Part shown: positions 19,092-30,101 of the stretch, piece by piece
Numbering within the stretch: position 1 is the stretch's first letter
Layout of the letters: each line of letters opens with the position of its first letter
Assembly: GCA_020697715.1 (NCBI GenBank)
Contig: JAEHCO010000001.1
Location: 256,001-320,000, forward strand
From: Methanobacteriota archaeon
Lineage (GTDB): Archaea; Thermoplasmatota; Thermoplasmata; SG8-5; JAGLSY01
Length of the DNA stretch: 64,000 nucleotides
Direction of reading: 5' to 3'
The notes under the pieces: generated by a model
The model's database searches: none
Told to the model about the DNA's origin: nothing
The model's input: only the letters and a program-made list of their open reading frames with translations
Made by a program: the position numbers and the translations under genes

Positions 19092-19626
19092 CTTATCTCC
19101 GTCTCATGTAGTGGTATCAAGAATAAATAGATATGGGCAGAATATGTGCCAGTGATAGATCTATCAAAAATGGATATTATATTGATGGAATAGGGGTGTC
19201 CCTCGACATCGGAGTTCCCTAAACACTGGGAAAGGAACTCTAATGTCAAGGTCTGAATATAAAATGAAGGGTGTCCCTCGACATTAACAGTCCGCTTCAT
19301 GGCAAGCTTAGCTCTCTCCGCGACCTGACCCAGCCGAGGGATTGTTGGTTGCCTGGGTTGTCCTTCATTCATCCACAGACGACACGCCTTTGTTGTGAAG
19401 GGACCCTTTAAAGGCAATCTGCCCTTGCCTTGCTCCATGGATCATCTGATCACCATGGTCTTCTTGGCACGGACATACTTGTACATAGAGACTGATGTGT
19501 CATAAGTCTTTCTATGATATTGATAAACCCCACTTACCAGAAAGGCATTTATATATTGCATTCATCATGCACTCAATCTGAACCGCCAGCTGTGTATTGC
19601 TGGTGGAATGATGGGAGAAATATACA

Positions 19627-20219
19627 TGACAGAATCTAACGTTAATGAAGTAAAGGTAGTATTAGCAGAGCCAGGAGTCCTCGGTCTCATAGGTCTGGCG
19701 GTCGCAGCACTTGTTCTAGGAGTGACGGATATGGGATGGGTTGACCCAAATGCGAAGTCCCTTATGATCCCATGGACCATTTTCCTCGGAGCCACAGCAC
19801 AGCTCATTGCTGGTGCTATCGATTTCAAGAGAAATAATATATTTGGAGCAACAGCGTTCACGACCTATTCATTACTATGGTACGCCGTATCACTGACACT
19901 TTATATCACGATCTTCACAGATGCGAGCTTCAACATGGATCATTATGCCTGGGGCCTCATTGGTTTCCTAATATTCAGCGTGATCCTGACCATTGCCAGT
20001 TTCTTGACGAACCATGTCTTTATCGGAATTTTGATCTCCATCGACCTGGCAATCGCCTTCCTTGTCCTGCACATTCTCGCTGGAACCTCGGAAGCCCTTG
20101 TAGGAGCCTTCCTCCTAGCCGTCTCCGCTCTGTCTTTCTATGGGGCATTGGCCACACTCATCAACAACATGGCCGGAAAAGAAGTGTTCCCTGTTGGCGG
20201 TCCAATGTGGAAGCCATAG
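19627..20219 (+). CDS. satP: SatP/YaaH (GPR1/FUN34) acetate uptake transporter
   Basis: LAEPGVLGL.GL, GATAQLIAG..DFKRNNIFGATAFTTY, terminal FPVG.P. Confidence 0.85.
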
Positions 20220-20246
20220 ATACGAAGCTTGTGAAATATTCGAATC

Positions 20247-20271
20247 AAGGCCAGCAAAAAACGCTGGCCTT
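20247..20271 (+). terminator. Putative terminator hairpin
   Basis: AAGGCCAGC-loop-GCTGGCCTT followed by a T-rich tail, downstream of satP. Confidence 0.5.
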
Positions 20272-20297
20272 TACCTTTTCCTTATCTTTTATAAAAT

Positions 20298-20504
20298 TCA
20301 ATCCTTATTGTTAATACCCTTCTCGATCTCAGCTGTTTGCGCTTTAACCCACATCACCGGCGCGGTCATCTGTATCACCATGAGGATCGCGAGCTCCAAG
20401 AATACCTGGGGCCAGTTATCCTGGCCCATCAGTAAGCCAATATGCACTCCGATTGGTGTCGCGAGAGCATAGCATGCTCCAGTTACGAGAAGGTATTTGT
20501 TCAT
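20298..20504 (-). CDS. Small 2-TM hypothetical protein
   Basis: Two hydrophobic segments. Fills the gap between satP and the acyl-CoA synthetase; start uncertain. Confidence 0.4.
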   Translation of the reverse strand: MNKYLLVTGACYALATPIGVHIGLLMGQDNWPQVFLELAILMVIQMTAPVMWVKAQTAEIEKGINNKD

Positions 20505-20706
20505 CGAATGGGGGATTGTGAACCCGGATATATAGTTTCTCAAATTCAAGAAAAATCCGCAATGTTAATTAGTCAAGGATACATTCCCGGACAAAATGAG
20601 GGTGCCACAAAGCAAGGCTTCGGTTACCCTTATTGAATTCAACCAACAAAAGCCATATGCCCATGGTATTAGCTTTTGTTGGGATGATTCAATAGGTTGG
20701 ATTAAA

Positions 20707-22335
20707 ATGACATACGATCATGAAAAGACTTACAATGAATGGAAATGGGACCTCCCAGATTCCTTCAATATGGGATACGACTGCACTGACAAACACGTGG
20801 CTGCTGGCAAGGGCGATAAGGTCGCTCTCATTTACGAGGACGACAAGGGAAATGGTAAGACCTACACCTTCGCCCAGATGAAAGAGCTCAGCGACAAGTT
20901 CGGGAATATCCTGAGAGACCTGGGATTGGGCAAGGGCGATAGATTTTTGATAAGATTGCCAAATGTGCCAGAGTTCCAGATAGCTTTCTTGGGCGGCCTG
21001 AAGATCGGAGCAGTTCCCATACCCTCATCCTGCATGTTCAAACCACATGAAGTGGAATACAGATTGGTGGATGCGAAGGCCAAGTTGGCCATCGCCGTAC
21101 CCGAGTACATGGCAGCTATTGACGAGGTCAAGGGAAACTGTCCAGATCTGAAGAACATCATCACTGTTGGCGAAGCCACGGATGGCAAATTATCCTTCGA
21201 GGAATTGATGGAGAAAGCTTCACCAGACCTCGTGATGGAAGAGACGACATATGATGACATGGCCTTCTTCTGTTACACGTCGGGAACGACCGGACCACCA
21301 AAGGGCGCGGTCCATCTTCACAGATGGACCATCGGGAACGACCCTAGCGCGATGTTCTGGAACCATTACCAGGAAGGGGACATATTGGGTCATACTGGCG
21401 ATCTGAATTGGATATTCCCTCTGGGAAACGGTTTCCTGTACGCGTGGAGGCATGGTATGACCACCTTCATCTACAATGGCCGATTCTCTCCCGAAAAATG
21501 GTTCGACCTCATCCAGAAGCACAAGATCACCAACCTGGCATCTGTTCCAACTTGCTACAGGATGTTCATGCAGCTGGAAAATTTTGATAAGAAATGGGAT
21601 CTCTCATCCCTCAGGCACTGCATAAGTGCGGGCGAGCCTCTCAATCCCGAGGTCGTGACAGGTTGGAAGAAGATACTGGGTATCGACATATTGGATGGAA
21701 TTGGAATGACCGAGTGCATGGTTTATCTCTCCAACCAGAGAGACATGATGATCAAGCCAGGCTCTTGCGGCAAGCCACAGCCAGGCCACAAATGTGCCAT
21801 TGTTGATGAGAATGGAGTCCCACTCGGGCCAAGGACGGAAGGAACACTGGCTATCAGCGCGGATGATCCCGGACTTCTGAAGGAATACTGGAACAAACCA
21901 GAGAAAACAGCCGAGGGTTTCAAGAACGGCTGGTTCCTGACTGGCGATACACTCTACACTGATGAGGATGGATACTACTGGTTCGCCGGAAGGGGCGATG
22001 ACCTGATCATGACAGCCGGATACCGAGTATCTCCCTTCGATGTGGAGAGCGCGGTGAATAGCCATCCAGCAGTCTTGGAGTCTGCTGCAGTTGCTTCTCC
22101 TGATGAGATCCGCGGAGTTATCGTGAAATCATTCATCATCCTTAACCCGGAATTCGAGGCAAGTGACGAGCTGGCCAATGAGATCCAGGCCCATACCAAG
22201 GCCATGATCGCGGCTTACGAATACCCGCGAGTGATCGAGTTCGCCAAGGAGCTTCCAAAGACCCCGAGTGGAAAGACAAAACGAAAGGTGCTCAGGGAAA
22301 TGGAGAATGAGAAGTTCGCCAAAGCGAAGCAATGA
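20707..22335 (+). CDS. Short/medium-chain acyl-CoA synthetase (AMP-forming)
   Basis: YTSGTTGPPKG, SAGEPLNP, GMTE, PGSCGKP, TGD, GRGDD, LPKTPSGK. Start MTYDHE. Confidence 0.93.
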   Translation: MTYDHEKTYNEWKWDLPDSFNMGYDCTDKHVAAGKGDKVALIYEDDKGNGKTYTFAQMKELSDKFGNILRDLGLGKGDRFLIRLPNVPEFQIAFLGGLKIGAVPIPSSCMFKPHEVEYRLVDAKAKLAIAVPEYMAAIDEVKGNCPDLKNIITVGEATDGKLSFEELMEKASPDLVMEETTYDDMAFFCYTSGTTGPPKGAVHLHRWTIGNDPSAMFWNHYQEGDILGHTGDLNWIFPLGNGFLYAWRHGMTTFIYNGRFSPEKWFDLIQKHKITNLASVPTCYRMFMQLENFDKKWDLSSLRHCISAGEPLNPEVVTGWKKILGIDILDGIGMTECMVYLSNQRDMMIKPGSCGKPQPGHKCAIVDENGVPLGPRTEGTLAISADDPGLLKEYWNKPEKTAEGFKNGWFLTGDTLYTDEDGYYWFAGRGDDLIMTAGYRVSPFDVESAVNSHPAVLESAAVASPDEIRGVIVKSFIILNPEFEASDELANEIQAHTKAMIAAYEYPRVIEFAKELPKTPSGKTKRKVLREMENEKFAKAKQ

Positions 22336-22362
22336 TTCAATAATATTTTAAAAAAGAAAGAT

Positions 22363-22390
22363 GCCAGGCTGCCATGATAAACAGCCTGGC
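22363..22390. terminator. Hairpin between convergent genes
   Basis: GCCAGGCTG...CAGCCTGGC with A- and T-rich flanks. Confidence 0.5.
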
Positions 22391-22413
22391 TTGTATTTTA
22401 TTTAGGAATATAC

Positions 22414-23373
22414 TCAGGCCACGCCCTCTTCTATTCCTTCTCCAAGTATCTGAAGGAGTTCCTCACCATAGGTGGCCGCCTTGACCTCCCCTATGCCGTA
22501 TATGTCCTTCAGGCTTTCCAGGGTCTTTGGATTTCTGATGGCCAGATCCTCAATGGTCTTGTTCTGGAGCACGATATAAAGGGGGACGCCGATCTCATTG
22601 GACCTGACCTTCCTCCATTCCCTCAGCTTCTCGAACCTGCTGGATATCTCCGCCGCATCACTTGCATTGTTGATATGGCCAAGGCGAATGTCCGCACCAG
22701 TCTCGAAATCCTCCAGGGTCTCATCACCTTTTGGTGTTATGGTGATGCACGGATACTGCTGATCCTCTGGTATATCGAGATATTTCTCATCAATGAGCCA
22801 GTCTATCAGAATGAGTATCTCTTTCTGGGAAAGACCACGTGCCACACCATATGATCGAAGCTCGTCAATGCCCATTGTCAACACACATCTGGATGTTGAG
22901 CCATTCAGGAGCCTGGCGAATCTCACCCTGCCATATTGACCGTTCATCTCACTGACCGATCTCAATATGGTCAGTGCCAGACTGTCGATGTCCTGCTTTC
23001 CAGGAACTCCACATAGGCCGTGGACCTCTTCAAATCTCAAGGACAGGTATTGCCCATCATCCGTGGAGGCTATGAGCTCGATCTCCGCATCCACCATGTT
23101 CCTGGACATGGATGTTTCAGCTCCAGCACCTATGTAGCAGATGGGGCGGATGCCCTGGCTTAGGTTCTGGACAATCACACTCCCATTGGGGCGGATCAAT
23201 GCCAGCATCTCGCCAGCGAACTCCTTTGATACATCTTCATTGTGATAGTCGCCCAAGGCGGTTCCTATCACGACGATGGTCTGGAGATTGGTGCTCGCTT
23301 CCTGGCTTGCATCGTTGATGGCGTTTGTTTCGTTCTCTGTGCTTGCGTTTTTATTTTCGTTGTTGGTTTTCAT
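22414..23373 (-). CDS. NucS-N-like + RecQ RQC winged helix + HRDC domain protein
   Basis: LALIRPNGSVIVQ..GIRP (NucS N-domain-like), ILRSV..GQYGR..LLNGS..YG..LIDWLIDEKYL (RQC), FEKLREWRK..VPLYIV..P.T...L..IYGIGE.K..YGE (HRDC). Confidence 0.75.
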   Translation of the reverse strand: MKTNNENKNASTENETNAINDASQEASTNLQTIVVIGTALGDYHNEDVSKEFAGEMLALIRPNGSVIVQNLSQGIRPICYIGAGAETSMSRNMVDAEIELIASTDDGQYLSLRFEEVHGLCGVPGKQDIDSLALTILRSVSEMNGQYGRVRFARLLNGSTSRCVLTMGIDELRSYGVARGLSQKEILILIDWLIDEKYLDIPEDQQYPCITITPKGDETLEDFETGADIRLGHINNASDAAEISSRFEKLREWRKVRSNEIGVPLYIVLQNKTIEDLAIRNPKTLESLKDIYGIGEVKAATYGEELLQILGEGIEEGVA

Positions 23374-23549
23374 TTTTTCACCATTTGATTATATTCCGGC
23401 AGGAGCCTGCTCCCCGGAAATCTGCTTCACTTTTGTTCGAAGCTTGAGATGAAAAATGAGCCTAGAGTACTTAATAAAAGAGAATACAACAATATTACAT
23501 GTAGGGAAATTTGATGCTTTTTCGGAAAAATATCTTTGAATATGATGAA

Positions 23550-23600
23550 ATATAATGCAATATAATGTATTATAATACAATATAATATAATATAATAATA
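23550..23600. repeat. AT-rich short tandem repeat (TATAA-based)
   Basis: ATATAATGCAATATAATGTATTATAATACAATATAATATAATATAATAATA. Confidence 0.7.
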
Positions 23601-23650
23601 TGAAAATTGACTGTGATGGCTATGTAAAGATTATAGGTTCAGAACCAGGT

Positions 23651-24361
23651 TCAGTTATTGTCCCTGACACGCTCTTTGAGAAGCCTGAACATTATCCTGG
23701 CACCATCTGAGAATGAGTTCAGCTTGGTCTCATTGGGGCGACATTTGTAGGCAATTGGTATCTCAACTACCTTGAAACCGTTCTTGATACACTTTGTGTA
23801 CATCTCGGCCTCGATATCGAAGTCATCCGCATCCAAGTCCAGGTTATCAATGACCTCTTCCTTGAATCCCCATAATCCCGTGCACACATCGGATGCCTTG
23901 TGACCATTAGGGAATAGGAGATTGGCGGTCATGTTGATCGCACGGTTGCCAACATAATTAAGGGTGGACATCGCGCCTCTTTGAACAGATCCATTTAATC
24001 TGGAGCCAAGTACGACATCACATCCATTCTCAAGGAGGGGGATCATCGTGAGTATCTCTTCAGGATCGTATGTGTCATCGGCATCCAACATGAAAAGGAA
24101 TCTACCCTCGAAGCCTTCGAAAGCAGTTTGAACAGCATCGCCCTTTCCTTTTCCCTTTTGTTTTAAAAGTCTGGCACCCTTGGAGATAGCTATATCCCCA
24201 GTGGCATCCGTACTGTTGCCATCGACCACGACGACATTGACTTCATAGCCTTGAGCCTTTATCTGTTCAAGGGGAATCCTATCTATCACTGCCCCGATGG
24301 TTTCTGCTTCATTTAAAGCAGGCAATAGAATACATATAGTCTTATCGTGCATATGTTCCAT
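23651..24361 (-). CDS. GT2 glycosyltransferase (dolichol-phosphate mannosyltransferase-like)
   Basis: LPALNEA, VVDGNSTD.T, GKG.A, LDADDTY, VLGSR, FDIEAEM. Confidence 0.92.
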   Translation of the reverse strand: MEHMHDKTICILLPALNEAETIGAVIDRIPLEQIKAQGYEVNVVVVDGNSTDATGDIAISKGARLLKQKGKGKGDAVQTAFEGFEGRFLFMLDADDTYDPEEILTMIPLLENGCDVVLGSRLNGSVQRGAMSTLNYVGNRAINMTANLLFPNGHKASDVCTGLWGFKEEVIDNLDLDADDFDIEAEMYTKCIKNGFKVVEIPIAYKCRPNETKLNSFSDGARIMFRLLKERVRDNN

Positions 24362-24539
24362 CCCATATTCCCCTAAATTGTGATAATATATAAATATATC
24401 TGCACTGAAATAACTGTTCAACATTAAATAATCAATAGATCGAGTATAAAAATAATGTTCATTTAGTACAGTTTCTGTAGAATTCGAAAATGTATCGCCA
24501 TAAGTTTTAAATATAGGAGGGTGTATGTTGTATTACATA

Positions 24540-24562
24540 GTTCACAACAATAGGTTGTCAAC
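24540..24562 (+). promoter_or_regulatory. Putative heat-shock repressor operator (ACAAC-N5-GTTGT)
   Basis: Imperfect palindrome GTTCACAAC-AATAG-GTTGTCAAC about 27 nt downstream of a TATA-like TTTTAAATA and just before the SD of the regulator gene. Confidence 0.6.
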
Positions 24563-24572
24563 TGAAGGTGAA

Positions 24573-25256
24573 ATGATGAGCGATATTGATCTTGACACGA
24601 TACTGGCCATAATCGGGAACCCCACACGTAGAAGTATTCTTAGAAAACTGGCTAGGGAAACTCATTACCCTCTCCAGTTATCAAAGGAGCTTAATATCAG
24701 CCAGCAAGCCATAATGAAGCATCTGAAGATCCTGGAAGACAATGATCTTGTTATCTCGATATTGCAAAAAAGTGATGCTGGACCACCCCGGAAATTATAC
24801 TCACCAACAAGGCGTTTTTCCATAGTGATAGACATCTCTCCAAGTACCTTTAACGAGGAGATCCGAGTGTATGAGATCGTTGAGGAGAGAAAGGTTCTAG
24901 GATCTGAAAGAGATAAGCTGGATCTAGAAGAAATGTCTGAAAAACGAGAAGAATTGATAGACCTGGCCACATCTATAAATGAAATTAATCTTAAAATAAG
25001 TGATCTGGAACATCAAAGAAAGAACATGATGCAGGAAAAAGAAGACTTCATGAAACGTGCGTATGAATTGATGGGAATGCTATGCACTGGCTATGATGAA
25101 CGCAAAGTTCTCAGATACATTCTGGAAGAAGATAATATCTCGATCAGTAAAATGAGCGAGAGATTGAACATGCGGGAGATGGACATCGAGCGCATCATGA
25201 GACGACTTGAAGACATGGGATTGCTTGAATTTCACAGAAAGATCATATACGTGTAA
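24573..25256 (+). CDS. ArsR/wHTH transcriptional regulator, Phr/HSR1-like heat-shock repressor
   Basis: IGNPTRRSILRKL...YPLQLSKEL.ISQQAIMKHL..LE...GPPRK.Y, then a coiled coil. First gene of the grpE-dnaK-dnaJ operon. Confidence 0.85.
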   Translation: MMSDIDLDTILAIIGNPTRRSILRKLARETHYPLQLSKELNISQQAIMKHLKILEDNDLVISILQKSDAGPPRKLYSPTRRFSIVIDISPSTFNEEIRVYEIVEERKVLGSERDKLDLEEMSEKREELIDLATSINEINLKISDLEHQRKNMMQEKEDFMKRAYELMGMLCTGYDERKVLRYILEEDNISISKMSERLNMREMDIERIMRRLEDMGLLEFHRKIIYV

Positions 25257-25273
25257 CTGGAGGATATTGGAAG

Positions 25274-25873
25274 ATGAAGAAGAAAGAGAAGAATGTCAAA
25301 GATGAGGTTGATATTGCCGAGGAACCTGCCAGTTCTCCAGAAGTGGAGATAATGGCAGACGATCCTGAGATGACCAAGGAAGATGCGGAGCCAATGGCCA
25401 TCGATTATGAGGACAAATGGAGAAGGTCATTGGCCGATCTCGACAATATGAGAAAGAGAAGCGACAGGGAAATGGAGCATCTGAGAAAGTTCGCTTCCGA
25501 GACCCTGATACTGGATATCATGCGCTCGATAGAGGATATGGAACGAGCGATGGACATGTCCAAGATGAAAAAAGAGGACGGGGTCCAGGATGCGAAAGAA
25601 GAGCATCTGGACATGGTCAAGGGCTTCGAGATGATATTGAAGGACATGAATAGCACACTGGCAAAGAACGGTGTGACTGCGATTGAGACCGTGGGAGCTA
25701 GATTCGATCCCAATGTACATGAGGCATTGATGCAGGCTTGCACGGATTGTCTCGATGATGATAACATGGTCATCGAGGAATTACAAAGGGGCTACATGCT
25801 CCACGACAAGGTAATTAGATATGCAAAAGTAAAAGTTGCGAAATACGAAGAAGGAGGAATGAAAAATGAGTAA
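25274..25873 (+). CDS. grpE: Nucleotide exchange factor GrpE
   Basis: [37 protein letters not shown]. Confidence 0.96.
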   Translation: MKKKEKNVKDEVDIAEEPASSPEVEIMADDPEMTKEDAEPMAIDYEDKWRRSLADLDNMRKRSDREMEHLRKFASETLILDIMRSIEDMERAMDMSKMKKEDGVQDAKEEHLDMVKGFEMILKDMNSTLAKNGVTAIETVGARFDPNVHEALMQACTDCLDDDNMVIEELQRGYMLHDKVIRYAKVKVAKYEEGGMKNE

Positions 25874-27713
25874 AATAATAGGAATAGATCTGGGAACGAC
25901 AAATTCGGAAGCTGCTTTTCTGGAAGCTGGCAGGCCGAAGATAATACCAAGCGCAGAAGGTAACACATACGGTGGAAAGAATTTCCCATCGGTCGTGGCC
26001 TTCACCAAAGATGGTGAGCGTTTAGTTGGAGAAGCAGCCAAAAGACAGGCTGTGCTGAATCCAGAGAGGACGATATCCAGGATCAAGAGGAAAATGGGCA
26101 CTGATTACAGTGTGTCCATTGATGACAAGAGCTATTCTCCACAGGAGATATCGGCCATGATACTTCAGAAGATCAAGCATGATGCCGAGCAATTCCTGGG
26201 CGAGGATGTGAAGCAGGTGGTCATCACGGTACCTGCTTACTATAATGATAATCAGAGACAGGCCACTAAGGATGCGGGAAAGATCGCGGGACTCGAGGTC
26301 CTCAGGATCATCAATGAGCCGACCGCGGCAGCACTGGCCTATGGATTGGCAAAGGAAGAAAGTAAGAAGATCATCGTGCTGGACCTGGGTGGCGGAACCT
26401 TCGATGTCACCATCATGGAGACTGGAGATGGTGTCTTCGAGGTCATATCCACCAGTGGAGATACGAAACTAGGTGGCAGTGATATGGATGATGCCATTAT
26501 CCAATATCTTGTTGATGATTTCAAGGCAAAGGAAGGTATCGATGTCTCCAAAGATAAGGCCGTTATGCAGAGATTGAGAGATGCAGCAGAGCGTGGGAAG
26601 ATGGAACTTAGCAGTCAGAACTCCACCACCATCAGCCTTCCATTCCTTTATTCAGATGATAGTGGACCAAAGCATCTGGAGGTCAATATGAACAGGGCGA
26701 AACTGGATGATCTCGTGATGCCAGTTGTCAAGAAATGTGAGAAGCCAATAAGGAATGCTATCAAGGATGCGAAACTTGACTTCAAGGACATTGACAAGGT
26801 CATGCTCGTTGGAGGTCCGACAAGGATGCCAGTTGTCCGTCAATTCTTCGAAAAGATCATAGGAAAAGGCGCGGAGAGCGGTGTGGATCCAATGCAGTGT
26901 GTGGCAATGGGCGCGTCCATTCAGGCCGGAGTTATGGCCGGAGATGTGGAAGATATTGTCCTTCTCGACGTCACACCTCTATCCCTGGGTGTCGAAACCC
27001 TGGGAAGCGTCAGCACCAAGCTCATCGAGAGGAATACGACCATCCCGACAAGGAAGAGCCAGATATTCTCCACAGCCGCGGATAATCAGACCAGTGTGGA
27101 GATCAATATCCTTCAAGGTGAGAGAGAAATGGCCATGGACAATATCTCACTTGGAAGATTCCACCTGGTTGGAATCCCACCCGCACCCCGAGGTATACCG
27201 CAGATCGAGGTGGCCTTTGACATTGACGCCAATGGTATCGTCAATGTTTCTGCCAAGGATCTGGGGACTGGCAAGGAGCAGAAGATCACTATAACCGCGA
27301 CCACGAACCTTTCGGATGACGAGGTCGAAAGAAAGATCCAGGATGCGGAGAAGTATGCGGAAGAGGACAAGGCCAAGCGCGAGGAGATAGACACTCTCAA
27401 TCAGGCTGACAGCATGGTGTACTCCACAGAGCGCACTCTGGAAGAGCTGAAGGACAAGATAAGCGATGAACAAAAGTCCCAGATCGAAGGAGAGCTGGAT
27501 AGTCTGAAGAAGGCTATCGAGACCAAGGAAACACAGCAGATCAAGGATAAGCTGGATTCACTTGGAAAGGTCCTCCATGAGGTCACAACGGCCATGTACC
27601 AACAGGTGGCGCAGGAACAGGCTGCCCAACAGCAGGCGGAGGAAGGCGGAGCAGAACCCGAGCCAGCTGGTGAAGGCGACTATGTCGATGCGGACTTTGA
27701 GGAAGTTGAATGA
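25866..27713 (+). CDS. dnaK: Chaperone DnaK (Hsp70)
   Basis: [48 protein letters not shown]. Confidence 0.99.
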   Translation: MSKIIGIDLGTTNSEAAFLEAGRPKIIPSAEGNTYGGKNFPSVVAFTKDGERLVGEAAKRQAVLNPERTISRIKRKMGTDYSVSIDDKSYSPQEISAMILQKIKHDAEQFLGEDVKQVVITVPAYYNDNQRQATKDAGKIAGLEVLRIINEPTAAALAYGLAKEESKKIIVLDLGGGTFDVTIMETGDGVFEVISTSGDTKLGGSDMDDAIIQYLVDDFKAKEGIDVSKDKAVMQRLRDAAERGKMELSSQNSTTISLPFLYSDDSGPKHLEVNMNRAKLDDLVMPVVKKCEKPIRNAIKDAKLDFKDIDKVMLVGGPTRMPVVRQFFEKIIGKGAESGVDPMQCVAMGASIQAGVMAGDVEDIVLLDVTPLSLGVETLGSVSTKLIERNTTIPTRKSQIFSTAADNQTSVEINILQGEREMAMDNISLGRFHLVGIPPAPRGIPQIEVAFDIDANGIVNVSAKDLGTGKEQKITITATTNLSDDEVERKIQDAEKYAEEDKAKREEIDTLNQADSMVYSTERTLEELKDKISDEQKSQIEGELDSLKKAIETKETQQIKDKLDSLGKVLHEVTTAMYQQVAQEQAAQQQAEEGGAEPEPAGEGDYVDADFEEVE

Positions 27714-27934
27714 GCGACTCACAGTCGCGCATTCAAGACTTCTCAGTGCTTTCGAAGTCTTCAAAATGCAAACTACATTCGCATTTTGAAAAGCTCGAAC
27801 GAGTGAGAGGTTCGGAATAAACAGAAAAATAGGAAGAAAAAGGAATGGCATAAGTCATTCGGGGAATGGTTTGTGCCATTCCCCTTTTATACTTCCACCA
27901 TTTGACCAGTGATTGAGACCCTGGAGCTCGATAG

Positions 27935-29068
27935 ATGGCTGAAAAAAGAGATTATTACGAAGTCCTTGGCGTGGACAAGAAAGCAAGCAAGGAAGAGGTG
28001 AAGAAGGCCTACAGGAAGCTTGCTAAGAAACATCATCCAGATCTCAATAAGGATGATACAAAGGCCGCGGAAGAGAAGTTCAAAGAGGTCTCGGAAGCCT
28101 ATGAAGTACTGGCTGATGATGAAAAGAAGAATTTGTACGATTCATACGGCCATGCGGGAGTGCAGAATAACTTCGGCGGAGGTGGAGGCGGAGGCTTCAA
28201 TTGGTCCGATTTCACCCATTATAATGATATCAGTGATATCTTCGGTGGAGGGGGTGGAGGAGGATCCATCTTCGACATGTTCTTTGGTGGAGGGGGTGGA
28301 GGTCGCCGAGCCAGAAGGAACGGACCCGCTCGTGGCTCCGACCTCAGATATGATATCGAGATGAGCCTGGAAATCGCGGATGAAGGAATAGAGAAGGTAA
28401 TCAACATACCCCGGAATGTCCAATGTGATGGATGTAAGGGGACTGGATCCGCGGATGGAACCACCCCAAATGCCTGTAACACATGCGGAGGCAGTGGGCA
28501 GGTCAAGAGCGTGCAGAGACGGGGTTACAGCCAGTTCATATCGATAAATGCCTGCCCAGCTTGCCAGGGAAAAGGGCAAGTGATCGAGAAGCCATGTGAG
28601 AAATGTAATGGAGCTGGCAAATACCGGAAGACCGGGAAGATATCGATCAAGATACCACCAGGATCGGACACAGGCACAAGGCTGAGACTGGCTGGTGAAG
28701 GTGAAGCGGGCTCAAGAGGCGGGCCGCCTGGAGATCTTTACATAATAGTCCATGTCCTACCACATGAGAGATTCTCCAGAGATGGAAGACATCTCTACAC
28801 AGAGACGAATATAAGCTATCCGGAAGCCGCTCTGGGTGCGGAGATCGATGTCCACACATTGAGCGGTAAGGCAAGCATGAAAGTACCTCCGGGAACACAG
28901 CCAGGGGCTATCCTTCGCCTTAGAGGGAAAGGTGTCAATTCCCTTGGAGGAAGAGGTAGAGGGGACCTGCATGTGAAGATCAATGTCGAGGTTCCCAAGA
29001 AGATGTCCAGGGATGAGAAGAAATTATTAAAGGAACTGGACAGACTGAAAAAGAAAATTAAGTCATAA
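27935..29068 (+). CDS. dnaJ: Chaperone DnaJ
   Basis: J-domain HPD, G/F-rich region, four CxxCxGxG repeats. Confidence 0.99.
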   Translation: MAEKRDYYEVLGVDKKASKEEVKKAYRKLAKKHHPDLNKDDTKAAEEKFKEVSEAYEVLADDEKKNLYDSYGHAGVQNNFGGGGGGGFNWSDFTHYNDISDIFGGGGGGGSIFDMFFGGGGGGRRARRNGPARGSDLRYDIEMSLEIADEGIEKVINIPRNVQCDGCKGTGSADGTTPNACNTCGGSGQVKSVQRRGYSQFISINACPACQGKGQVIEKPCEKCNGAGKYRKTGKISIKIPPGSDTGTRLRLAGEGEAGSRGGPPGDLYIIVHVLPHERFSRDGRHLYTETNISYPEAALGAEIDVHTLSGKASMKVPPGTQPGAILRLRGKGVNSLGGRGRGDLHVKINVEVPKKMSRDEKKLLKELDRLKKKIKS

Positions 29069-29133
29069 TCATATGAATGTGTCTTTCCTTAATTCATAAT
29101 ATGAGTTTTGTCAGGATGAGAAACATAGAAAGC

Positions 29134-29922
29134 TCAATTCATATCTTTTTTCAATAAGCTCATTTCACGCGATTCAAGAGCATCGGGATTCAAGGACACT
29201 ATCAGAGTTCCCTTCTTCGTGACCATGGATTCCGTAAGTGATTGGACAAAACTTAGAACTGAGTTGAATCCATTGTGCGAGATCATATATTCCAGACCTT
29301 CCAATACGACTATACATCCTGGGTTGCCACTCAAAAAATCAAGGATCACGGAATATAATTTTGGTAATTGAGAAGGTCCGATATAATCAAAATCATCCTC
29401 CTCCACTTCTTCAGGTGATAGGGCGATCATGCCTATTGGCGTATGATTGTCAGTCTTCTGACTTTTTGTGAGCCAGATTATCTTTTTTATGCTCACACCA
29501 TCAAACTCATCTATCTGTCCAGGTGCTTTTCGAACCACAGCGAGGCCTGTTCTACCATTTTCCACTTCACGCCTGAAGAGAGCGAAGCATTTTTGAGGCT
29601 TCAATTCCTCGATCATGTAGCTGAGGCCGGGCTTCATATCCTTCACCACTTGTATGATTGGCTCCTCCACCACGGGTATGGGCTTCACAGCATCGGAATC
29701 GATTATATCGGTGGATCCCAGCTCGGATTCCAGCTCCCTTATTTTATCCTCTATATTGATCTTCGCAGAGCTGGATTTGGTCTTCGTCACTATCATCATC
29801 TCATGCTGGGAATAGCCATCCTTGGCCATTTTTAAGAATATTTCCCAACTGTCATTGACCGCATCTCTATAGCCATGGAGATATTCCAGTCTTTTCAGTT
29901 TTTCTTCCCTTGTCTCTGCCAT
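29134..29922 (-). CDS. DUF835 domain protein (inactive KaiC-like fold)
   Basis: PGLSYMIEE.KP, IIWLT, IGPSQL, VVLEGLEYMISHNGF..VL.F, LIVSLNP.AL. Confidence 0.8.
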   Translation of the reverse strand: MAETREEKLKRLEYLHGYRDAVNDSWEIFLKMAKDGYSQHEMMIVTKTKSSSAKINIEDKIRELESELGSTDIIDSDAVKPIPVVEEPIIQVVKDMKPGLSYMIEELKPQKCFALFRREVENGRTGLAVVRKAPGQIDEFDGVSIKKIIWLTKSQKTDNHTPIGMIALSPEEVEEDDFDYIGPSQLPKLYSVILDFLSGNPGCIVVLEGLEYMISHNGFNSVLSFVQSLTESMVTKKGTLIVSLNPDALESREMSLLKKDMN

Positions 29923-30101
29923 ACATTCATCTCTTTGCAATGTGATCCGTGTGTTGATCCTGCATTTACCTAGCTACTACAGCTATGTCACTTAGCTACT
30001 GTATTCCAGAATCATATAATAAGCATTACTGATGAAATTATTCAGTATAAGCTCACAAATACTACATAAAAATTATATTCCCTCCAGATATTCAAGGCCA
30101 C

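Noticed and set aside
19300-19335. SRP RNA helix 8 (minus strand GGGTCAGGTCGCGGAGAGAGC)
   Set aside because: It resembles CAGG...AGC but lacks the 3-bp stem with GNRA loop, and no Alu domain or helix 6 could be built. Left as an unidentified structured region.
23550-23600. Replication origin
   Set aside because: AT-rich tandem repeat, but no ORB-like G-string repeats and no cdc6/orc1 nearby.
27714-27890. ncRNA between dnaK and dnaJ
   Set aside because: Several short hairpins are present but are adequately explained as intra-operon terminators or stabilisers; no repeat or family evidence.
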